64,000 nt of DNA from Phycisphaerae bacterium (GTDB taxonomy: Bacteria; Planctomycetota; Phycisphaerae; SM23-33), in the NCBI GenBank assembly GCA_046541875.1, contig JBKHCL010000002.1:3811-67810 (forward strand). Reading direction: 5' to 3'. The notes beneath the pieces were generated by a model that had not been told where the DNA came from, searched no databases, and saw nothing but the letters and a program-made list of their open reading frames with translations. A program made the position numbers and the translations under genes. Positions 36,124 through 44,165 of the stretch are shown in pieces. Each line of letters starts with the position of its first letter. The first letter of the stretch is position 1.

Positions 36124-36669
36124 CTATCCGCTGTCCGAAATGTCGCCGGGGGTTGCCTCGCCCGCTTCGCTCAGCAGCGCGCGATAACTCTCGGCGGGCT
36201 TGGCCCCGACGATCCAGCGTTCCGGTTGGCCGTTGCTGAACAGCACGACGGTCGGGGTGTACTTCACGCCGTACTCCATCGCCAGGTTCGGCCGCGCTGC
36301 GACATCCACCTTCACGATGCGAGCCCGACCGGCATATTCGTCGGCCAACGCCTCCAACGTCGGCGCCAGCCGGGCGCAGGGCGGGCAGCCGTTCTTGTAG
36401 AAATCCACCAGGACGGGCACGTCGGCATCGAGCACGTCCGAGCGGAACTGCTCCGGGGAAGTGATCTGTGCGACGTTCGGGCCGTAACCGCCGGTAAGCA
36501 GGGGCAGGATCTGGGCCCCGACGCCTCCCAGCAGGGCCCCCACCAAGGCGGCACGCACGGGCCAGCCGCGAGGCCGGGCCTTCCCACCGCTCTGACGGGC
36601 GCGCGTCAGATACGCGAACAAACCGCCGATTACCGCCCCCGCGATCATGCCCAGCAACAGCACACCCAT
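36124..36669 (-). CDS. Membrane-anchored thioredoxin
   Basis: N-terminal TM helix and thioredoxin fold with CPPC active site (DFYKNGCPPCARL). Confidence 0.8.
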   Translation of the reverse strand: MGVLLLGMIAGAVIGGLFAYLTRARQSGGKARPRGWPVRAALVGALLGGVGAQILPLLTGGYGPNVAQITSPEQFRSDVLDADVPVLVDFYKNGCPPCARLAPTLEALADEYAGRARIVKVDVAARPNLAMEYGVKYTPTVVLFSNGQPERWIVGAKPAESYRALLSEAGEATPGDISDSG

Positions 36670-36922
36670 CGGCCAACCGTCCTTCCGTCATGGAACCTTC
36701 AATGGAGACAACTCACCCGCATCGTCATCCTATACGGGCTGCCATGGCAAACGGTTCCACGACGATCCGCCCCAGGGCGGCAACTTGTTGCGGGCGGAAT
36801 CGCTAACGAGGCGACCCGACGTGACACGGGCTTCCAGTTGATAATCCTGAGCGAAGCCGAAGGCCTCGTGATCGGCGAAATACGGCCCCGTCGCCTGTCA
36901 TTGAGCGTTCCAACGTCCGCTC

Positions 36923-38233
36923 TTACTCACCGGCCGGCTGAGTAGTGACTACTTTGGGGACCTTCGGGACGTGCACACGCTGCCTTTCTTCGTCATTGAG
37001 AGTCACCGCCACAAGCTCTGAGTCCTTCCGCAGCCACCAAGTCGCCTTACCGTCTTTGATCAGGCAGACGCCATCGTCCAATATACCCCCGAACCGTTCA
37101 TATTCAAAAGGAACCACCGTTCTACACTCTCCATTCAACACACCCCATCGGTCGCCTTTCCGCGCTGCGTACAGATCACCACAGGCGAGGAACACCCTGT
37201 TGTATTCACGGGGGATCACCCAATTCCCTTCTCTGTCAATGACGCCATAGAGATCGTCCCGCATGACGCCGGCCACTCCACCCTCAAAGTGATTGGCCAT
37301 TCTGAACAGATCATTCGTAATCCGTGATCCATCTGTACGAATATACGTCCAGTAGGCAACGCCATTTTCCAGCAACGCCGCCCGCGCCCGCTCTTCTGAA
37401 AATGGGCTGGCGACCATGTACCGGGGTTCTATCCTCGTTGTCCCATTTGCATCAACATAGCCCCACTTGTTTCCGATCTTCATGTTGATTAACCCGCTTC
37501 GCGAAATGCGCTCATACTCTTCATCATGTGCGTCATCAATCGGGAATCTGGGCTTCACCTTCCAACGACCTTCACCGTCAATGATACCCCACTTATCCCC
37601 AGCCTGAACCACGGCAACCCCCTCGGACATCGCACAGGCCCCGTCGTACTTCGGTTCGATGACCCAATTGCCCTCAACGTCAATAACCCCCCACTTGCCA
37701 TTGTAGCTAACAGCAACATACCTGCCATCCCAAATACGAACATCATCGTACTGCGGACGGCGCACCCAACGGCCATGGTAGTCTGTCAGCCCCCATTTCC
37801 TGTCTTTCAGCACAAGAATAGCATTGCCATCTAATCCAGACCCAATCAGGTTTGTGAACACCGGAGGAAGCACGTATGCCCCATTCCTGTCAATCACAGC
37901 GCCAGGCCCGAATTCGGCAACGCTCACAATAGCAACACCACATTTGAAAGACGACGCAAGGGCATATCGTGGCTCGATGGCCCAAGTGCCGTCCATGTGA
38001 ATATACCCATACAGTAGACCCCTCAAAGGATACTTCGCGGACGGATCCACTACTAACGGGTAGGGCAGGAGTCTCTCATCAGTCTTGCGGCCTTCATGCT
38101 TTGCGGCATCGCTGTCCGGTCGACTATCGGAGCAACCTGTCAGCAATAGCGCAACCATGTACACGCCCATACACCAAAGCCGCGTAACAGTTACAGATGA
38201 GGCCAACTGTGGCGTTTTTGCCTGTTGTATCAT
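36923..38233 (-). CDS. WG-repeat (KWG-like) lipoprotein
   Basis: Lipobox LLLTGCSDS. At least eight tandem repeats with a GxWG core (KWGLTD, KWGVID, KWGIID, KWGYVD, RWGVLN...). GGAG RBS upstream; start at Met78 of the track ORF. Lower GC than the surroundings. Confidence 0.65.
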   Translation of the reverse strand: MIQQAKTPQLASSVTVTRLWCMGVYMVALLLTGCSDSRPDSDAAKHEGRKTDERLLPYPLVVDPSAKYPLRGLLYGYIHMDGTWAIEPRYALASSFKCGVAIVSVAEFGPGAVIDRNGAYVLPPVFTNLIGSGLDGNAILVLKDRKWGLTDYHGRWVRRPQYDDVRIWDGRYVAVSYNGKWGVIDVEGNWVIEPKYDGACAMSEGVAVVQAGDKWGIIDGEGRWKVKPRFPIDDAHDEEYERISRSGLINMKIGNKWGYVDANGTTRIEPRYMVASPFSEERARAALLENGVAYWTYIRTDGSRITNDLFRMANHFEGGVAGVMRDDLYGVIDREGNWVIPREYNRVFLACGDLYAARKGDRWGVLNGECRTVVPFEYERFGGILDDGVCLIKDGKATWWLRKDSELVAVTLNDEERQRVHVPKVPKVVTTQPAGE

Positions 38234-38453
38234 TTCGGCTCCTTTTTTCGCAGACGTTATCGGGGGACACCATACGGGTGTTCCACGTTGCAGTCCTGCT
38301 TGCCGCCGCCATGCTCCGAGACAATCTGCCCTGGAACCCACAAGACGCCTGAATGTCAAGACACTCGCTACGAACTGGAGGAATAATTCGTCTACCAGTG
38401 CCCTGGATTCGCCATGATCTGTCCGACACAGGGAGAAGCCACGACACGAGTCT

Positions 38454-38729
38454 TCATAGAGCAAGGCAGTCGCATGCTCTCGCTACCAGTGGAATTACGC
38501 CACAGATGGCCAAGCCAATCAGGATACACTTAAGCCATGGCCCCACGGACCGCCCAAAGGCAATCGCCAGCACGACGCCTGCGATCCACGCGACAGATGC
38601 ACACGCGAACACCCCGGTCCTGGCCTGAGGAACATATGTGGCCCACGCCATGCCGGCACCTGTTATGAGGCACACAACCGACAGCTCAATGGGTACTCTG
38701 CGGAGTGTTACTCGTGTGTCCGGGGTCAA
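38454..38729 (-). CDS. Small two-TM hypothetical membrane protein
   Basis: 91 aa with two hydrophobic helices. Same strand as and just upstream of the WG-repeat gene. Weak. Confidence 0.3.
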   Translation of the reverse strand: MTPDTRVTLRRVPIELSVVCLITGAGMAWATYVPQARTGVFACASVAWIAGVVLAIAFGRSVGPWLKCILIGLAICGVIPLVARACDCLAL

Positions 38730-39202
38730 CTTCTGAATCCTCTTTGGGAGTCGGATCCTGCCGTGTGCGGGGCGTCACGGCCGGGTCTGCCGCGGACGAA
38801 GATGTGTGCCCGTACGATCAGCGGTTTGCGGATGTCGGCTGCGGTCATGGGCGACCCCTTGCTTGTGGCCAGCTATTCTCCCGCGCTGTTGGCCGATCCG
38901 CAAGAGCAAATCCCTGCCAGTCCATCGCGCATCGACGATGGGAGCATATGCGGTAAGGGAAGCCCCCAGCGTGAGCTGGGGGGGGGATCGGGCACTACCA
39001 CCCTCGACGGCCGAAAACCATCGTAATGCCCGCAGCTTCTTGCGGGCCTGCTTGTCGGCAGGCAGGCGGAATCGCGGGCGGGGAGCCTCATCGCTCGGGA
39101 AGGTGAGCGCTGCCCGTTCGAGAAGTCGGCCGACGCTGCCTTGACGCCAGGCTTCGGGGGTGCTAGCGTCTGGGTATTGTTCCTTCGAAGGGAGAGCACG
39201 CC

Positions 39203-40024
39203 ATGAACGGGCGAATCATGCAAACGGGGATCTGCTTTGTGCTTGCAGCCATGCTGGTGAGTTCCGCCGCGGGTCAGCAAGGGGGGTTCGAGATCCAGCG
39301 ACCGGACGGCAAAGAGAACTTCATCACCGACCAGGCAGGCCTGATCAGCGAAGCCGACGCCAACGAGATCAACACTCTGTGCCGTACGTTGCTCACCGAG
39401 AAGGCCACGCCGATCATCGTGGTGACGATCGACTCGATGGGTGACGCCGGTCGAAGCGGGATTCGCATTGAGACGTTCGCCCACATGCTGTTTGACAGCT
39501 GGGGCATCGGCCACGAGAAACTGACCATCAACGGCGAGGAGAAGGTCTGGAACACGGGCATTCTCCTGCTGGTGAGCAAGGGCGACCGCAAGGCCCGGAT
39601 ACAACTGGGAGGCCATTGGGGTCACCGTCACGATGAGTTCTGCCAGAGAATCATGGACGAGGCGATTATCCCGCATTTCAAGGAGGGTGAGTTCTCCGGG
39701 GGGATTCTCGCGGGCGTCCAGTCGCTGGCGTCGATGGCCCGGGACAAGCTGGAGATCCCCGCCGCGGCGCGGAAGCCCAGGCCTTGGTGGCATTACGCGT
39801 TGGTGGTCGGGGCGATTGGCCTGGCGATTTTCACGGTGGTTTCTCTTGTGCGTCGCGGCAGTGGCGGCTGGGCTTGGCTGCTGTGGGGTGCGGTGTTCGC
39901 CATCGTCGGATTCATGCTCTACCAGATGCTCACCAGTTCGAGTCGTGGTGGTGGAGGCGGTTTCAGCGGCGGGTCGTTCGGTGGCGGGTTTTCCGGCGGC
40001 GGCGGAGCGACGGGGTCGTGGTAG
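39203..40024 (+). CDS. TPM-domain (TLP18.3/Psb32/MOLO-1) protein with C-terminal TM and Gly-rich tail
   Basis: Signal peptide, TPM-like core, TM helix, then SSSRGGGGGFSGGSFGGGFSGGGG tail (YgcG-like architecture). Confidence 0.65.
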   Translation: MNGRIMQTGICFVLAAMLVSSAAGQQGGFEIQRPDGKENFITDQAGLISEADANEINTLCRTLLTEKATPIIVVTIDSMGDAGRSGIRIETFAHMLFDSWGIGHEKLTINGEEKVWNTGILLLVSKGDRKARIQLGGHWGHRHDEFCQRIMDEAIIPHFKEGEFSGGILAGVQSLASMARDKLEIPAAARKPRPWWHYALVVGAIGLAIFTVVSLVRRGSGGWAWLLWGAVFAIVGFMLYQMLTSSSRGGGGGFSGGSFGGGFSGGGGATGSW

Positions 40025-40046
40025 GTCCATCAGCGGGAGCAGACAG

Positions 40047-40730
40047 ATGAAACGCGCATCGAACGTGTTGAGCGGCGAGCAGAAAGAGGCCATCGAACAG
40101 GCAGTGCGGGATGCCGAGAATCGCACAGCCGCCGAGGTCGTGCCGGTGCTGGCAACGGCGTCGGGACGGTATGATCGTCCCGAGGACGTGGTGGGCCTGT
40201 GGGTGGGAGGAATCGGAATTGCAGTGGCCTGGTTCCTGCTTCCGACGGTCGAGTCGGCCGACGCCACCGGGGGCTGGGGTGGCTGGCCGGGCTGGGCGAA
40301 CCTGCTGATCCTGCTGGCTGTGCTGGTGGCGGGGTTCATGCTCGGGGCGACCGCGGGCTCGAAGATCCCCTGGCTGCGACGGCTGTTCACCCCGCGGCAG
40401 GAGATGGTGGACGAGGTGACCGATCACGCTGCGACCGTGTTTGCCACCCGTGGAATCTACCGTACCGAGGGGGCCACCGGATTACTGGTGTATGTCTCGC
40501 TGTACGAGCGGATGGCCGTCGTGCTGGGCGACGAACGCGTGCTGGAGACCGTCGGGCAGCCCTTCCTGGACGAATTGCGAGACGTGCTGGTAGAGAAACT
40601 CCGCGAGGGCGACGTGGCCGGGGCATTCACCGTCACAATCCGGAAGGCGGCCGACCGCTTGGCCGACGCTCTGCCGGTGGCCGACGACGACCGCGACGAA
40701 CTCCCCAGCGAGTTGGTGATTCTGGACTGA
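40047..40730 (+). CDS. Second TPM-domain-like membrane protein
   Basis: Start at Met139 of the track ORF. EAIEQAVRDAENRTAAEVVPV pattern resembles the TPM N-terminus, with internal TM segments. Confidence 0.5.
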   Translation: MKRASNVLSGEQKEAIEQAVRDAENRTAAEVVPVLATASGRYDRPEDVVGLWVGGIGIAVAWFLLPTVESADATGGWGGWPGWANLLILLAVLVAGFMLGATAGSKIPWLRRLFTPRQEMVDEVTDHAATVFATRGIYRTEGATGLLVYVSLYERMAVVLGDERVLETVGQPFLDELRDVLVEKLREGDVAGAFTVTIRKAADRLADALPVADDDRDELPSELVILD

Positions 40731-41137
40731 CCCCATCCGCGCGTCGGCCTGAAGGACGGACGACGGCGGACGAATCAGCCGGGTTCCAGAGCGCGGACAT
40801 TGACGCCTCAATGTTTGCGGGAAAACACCAGACGCTGGCTGACACCTGAGCATTCGGGCAGCAGGACACTTCGGCTGAGAGTGCCCCCATCACATCCCTT
40901 CAAGGGCTTACGGACCTTACCTGCCCAAGGGCAATTCCTCCCTGCATCCGCGCGCATTCTCCGGGGACACGTTGAAGAAATGATTCGCCCCGCAGGTGAG
41001 GACGATGCGGCAGAAAGGGATTTTGTGTTGGGATTGGATTAAGAAAGCGATAAAATCCGATTAGAAAGTAAGAGTCGGCACGGGAACGGCATGGCCGCTT
41101 CGGAGCCGACAAATACACGGATGGGAAGGAGTTGCCC

Positions 41138-41620
41138 ATGGAATCTGTACTGATGAACATTCTGATGATCGTGGTTCTGGGGACGATCGTGTTCTGCGTT
41201 GGCATGGCGATGGGGTTCGACGCCGAGCCGATGCTCACGGCCGCCCGTCCGTACGCGTGGGTGCTTATTGGCGTGATGGCGGTCTACATCATCGTGCGAA
41301 CGGTGCAGCACGTCCGGGCGCGGAGCCGTTTCAGCCGGGGCGACCACGTGATCTACTACAAGCTGAAGTTCTCGGACCACCCCGGCCAACGGGCCGAGAA
41401 CGTCGAGCCGGCGCGTCATGGGGAAGGATACAGTTACGTCGTTCGTAAGCCCTGGACCGTCGTGGCCGCCCACGACGAGGAAACCATTGAGGTCGTCACG
41501 CCGGGCGGGAAGCATCATGTCCTGGAGGCCGACGACCCGAAGCTGCACCGTGCCGGACTGCTGGAGACAATCATAATGCGGATGAAGTGGCGTAAGCAGT
41601 TCCCCTCGGCCGACGTCTGA
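41138..41620 (+). CDS. Hypothetical two-TM membrane protein
   Basis: GGAAGGAG RBS 7 nt upstream of the ATG. No recognisable family. Confidence 0.5.
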   Translation: MESVLMNILMIVVLGTIVFCVGMAMGFDAEPMLTAARPYAWVLIGVMAVYIIVRTVQHVRARSRFSRGDHVIYYKLKFSDHPGQRAENVEPARHGEGYSYVVRKPWTVVAAHDEETIEVVTPGGKHHVLEADDPKLHRAGLLETIIMRMKWRKQFPSADV

Positions 41621-41715
41621 GAAAGCTGAGGGCGGGGCTCGACCAGCGGCCCGCGATGTATCGCGAGCTTGTGGGTTGACCCGTCGCGGCGGACAACCGA
41701 TGAGACGTATACGGA

Positions 41716-41747
41716 GCCCAGGGCGATGCCTTGGGCTTCTGCTTTGT
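41716..41747 (+). terminator. Rho-independent terminator candidate
   Basis: Hairpin GCCCAGGG-cgatg-CCTTGGGC followed by TTCTGCTTTGT. Confidence 0.35.
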
Positions 41748-41785
41748 CCCGCTGCGGGTTTCGGACGCCGTGGCAGCAGCGGCGC

Positions 41786-42481
41786 TTACAGGCCCATGTA
41801 CAGCAGTGCCATCGCCCGGGAGATCGCGAACGAGAACATCACGCCGATCGGGTCCAGCCACGGGTGTAGCTCCATCAGTTGTGGGTTGACCGTCTCGATG
41901 ACTCGCGGACCCACCAGCAGCCCCAGCAGGGCGAATTGCCCGTAACGGTGCTGCCACTCCATGAATCGCTGCTTGCCCAGCGGCGAGAGTTGCTCCCGCA
42001 CGATATGATGGCCGTCCAGGGGGAACAACGGCAGCATGTTGAACACGCACAGTGCGATGTTCACGATCATCGTGATCATGAGCATCTGGTGGACGTGCCC
42101 CAGCGTCGTGCCCTTCTCGGGCAGGCCGAGTTGCGAATAGAACACACGCAGTGCGACGCCGCAGAGGATGGCGATCAGCAGATTGCTCACCGGCCCGGCC
42201 AGCGAGACCATGACATCGCCCAGGCGTGGCGGGTGGAGGTTGTGGGGGTTTACCGGGACTGGCCTGGCCCAGCCGAACCTCGCGAAGATCAGGCACAACG
42301 TGCCGATCGGGTCCAGGTGGGCCATCGGGTTGAGCGTCAATCGCCCCTGGTCGCGCGCGGTCGTATCGCCGAACGCCAGGGCGGTGCGCGCGTGGGCGTA
42401 TTCGTGAATGGTCAGGCTCAGCAGCAGCGGGGGCAGCAGGAACAACTGCTCGATGAGCCATTGGGTGTTCGCGAAAGGCAT
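41786..42481 (-). CDS. Site-2 protease family (peptidase M50) membrane metalloprotease
   Basis: HEYAHA HExxH motif in the first TM and a multi-TM body. Start at Met25 (track ORF begins at a GTG). Confidence 0.72.
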   Translation of the reverse strand: MPFANTQWLIEQLFLLPPLLLSLTIHEYAHARTALAFGDTTARDQGRLTLNPMAHLDPIGTLCLIFARFGWARPVPVNPHNLHPPRLGDVMVSLAGPVSNLLIAILCGVALRVFYSQLGLPEKGTTLGHVHQMLMITMIVNIALCVFNMLPLFPLDGHHIVREQLSPLGKQRFMEWQHRYGQFALLGLLVGPRVIETVNPQLMELHPWLDPIGVMFSFAISRAMALLYMGL

Positions 42482-42564
42482 GCGTTCCTTGTACTTGACC
42501 GGGGCCTGTGCGACAAGCGATAATGCTGCGTCACTCGAACCGCACGGACGCACAGCGAGGACTC

Positions 42565-43569
42565 ATGGACAACGCGACGCCGAATCTGGACGTAGCCCGA
42601 CGCGCACTGGCGGTGGAACACCAGGCCGTCGGGTCGCTGGCGGATACGATCGACGAGTCGTTCGCCGACGCCTGCCGGGCGGTCTGCGCCTGCGGGGGCA
42701 AGGTGGTGCTCACGGGCATCGGCAAGGCCGGCGTCATTGCCCGGAAGATCTCCGCGACGCTCGCTTCGACCGGGACGCAGAGCATTTTTCTCCATCCGGT
42801 GGAGGCGTTGCATGGGGATCTCGGTCGGCTGCAGCGGGGAGATGTGGTTCTCGCGCTGTCCCACAGCGGGGCGAGCGAAGAAATCGTCCGTTTGCTGGAC
42901 CACATCAAGGCCCGCGGCGCGACGCTGATCGCGATGACCTCCGACGGTCAATCGCCGCTCGGTCGCCACGCCGATATCACCCTCTGCTACGGGCAGATCG
43001 AGGAAGCCTGCCCCATGCAGCTGGCGCCGACCGCGTCGACCACGTGCATGCTCGTGTTGGGCGATGCCCTCTCGCTGACCGTGATGGACATGCGGGAGTT
43101 CGGCCCGGAGCAGTTTGCCGAGCACCACCCGGGCGGTTCGCTGGGTCGGCAGTTGATCCGGGTTCGCGACGCGATCGTTTTCAAGGCCGGCGAGCGGTTG
43201 ACGCCGGCGGACGACTCGCTTTCGCTCGGGGACGCCCTGGAAGAGGCCCAGCGCGGCGACGTGCGACGGTCCGGGGCGATGCTCCTGGTCGATGCGGACC
43301 GGCGATTGAGCGGGATCCTCACCGACGCCGATCTGCGACGGTGCATCCTGGCCCACCGCGGGGAAGATATCATGTCCCGTCCGGTGCGGGATTTTATGAC
43401 GGCAGAGCCCAAGGCCGTCGGGCAGGACGAACTGGCCAGCACGGCGCTGGCGATTATGAACGAATATCGCCTCGATGAGCTGCCCGTGCTCGACGGCGAC
43501 GGCAAACCCGTCGGCGTCATCGACGTGCAGGACCTCCTCGGGCTCAAGACGTTGGGAGGGTCGCAATGA
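42565..43569 (+). CDS. kdsD: Arabinose-5-phosphate isomerase KdsD (SIS + tandem CBS domains)
   Basis: SIS domain VVLTGIGKAG...LALSHSGASEE, then two CBS domains. Start chosen at MDNATPNLD. Confidence 0.85.
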   Translation: MDNATPNLDVARRALAVEHQAVGSLADTIDESFADACRAVCACGGKVVLTGIGKAGVIARKISATLASTGTQSIFLHPVEALHGDLGRLQRGDVVLALSHSGASEEIVRLLDHIKARGATLIAMTSDGQSPLGRHADITLCYGQIEEACPMQLAPTASTTCMLVLGDALSLTVMDMREFGPEQFAEHHPGGSLGRQLIRVRDAIVFKAGERLTPADDSLSLGDALEEAQRGDVRRSGAMLLVDADRRLSGILTDADLRRCILAHRGEDIMSRPVRDFMTAEPKAVGQDELASTALAIMNEYRLDELPVLDGDGKPVGVIDVQDLLGLKTLGGSQ

Positions 43570-44165
43570 CCCATGACGAAGACGCCCTTACCACCCACCG
43601 ATCGGGGAAGCAGGACACGCTCCTCCGCCACGTGACCGACTACCGCCGGCTGCAACTGCTCGTGCTGGACGTGGACGGGATTCTCACCGATGGGAGCATC
43701 ACGCTGACCGAGTCGGGCGAGGAGATCAAGACGTTCCACGTGCGGGATGGGTCGGGCATCAAATACTGGATGCGGCTGGGCAAGAAGGTGGCGATCATTT
43801 CCGGGCGCGGCTCTCCGGCGGTGAATCGCCGGGCGGGGGAACTCGGCATCGAGTGCGTTCGTCTCAACTGCAAGCGGAAGCTGCCCGTTTATGAGGACGT
43901 CTGCCGCGAGATGGGCGTCAGCGACGAGCAGGTGGCGGTCATGGGCGACGATCTGACGGACATCCCGATGCTGCGGCGTGCGGCGGTGGGCATTACCGTC
44001 GAGCAGGCACCGCTCGAGGTCAAAGAGGTCGCGACGTTCGTGACCCGCGCGCCCGGCGGAAAGGGGTGCGTGCGCGAAGCCATCGAGATGATGCTCCGCA
44101 ACAGCGGCGAGTGGAATCGCATCCTCGAACGATACAACGAGAATCCTCCCAAGGACGCCCTATGA
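43566..44165 (+). CDS. kdsC: KDO-8-phosphate phosphatase KdsC (HAD family)
   Basis: HAD motif I LVLDVDGILTDG and KdsC-like length. ATGA overlap with kdsD. Confidence 0.85.
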   Translation: MTHDEDALTTHRSGKQDTLLRHVTDYRRLQLLVLDVDGILTDGSITLTESGEEIKTFHVRDGSGIKYWMRLGKKVAIISGRGSPAVNRRAGELGIECVRLNCKRKLPVYEDVCREMGVSDEQVAVMGDDLTDIPMLRRAAVGITVEQAPLEVKEVATFVTRAPGGKGCVREAIEMMLRNSGEWNRILERYNENPPKDAL

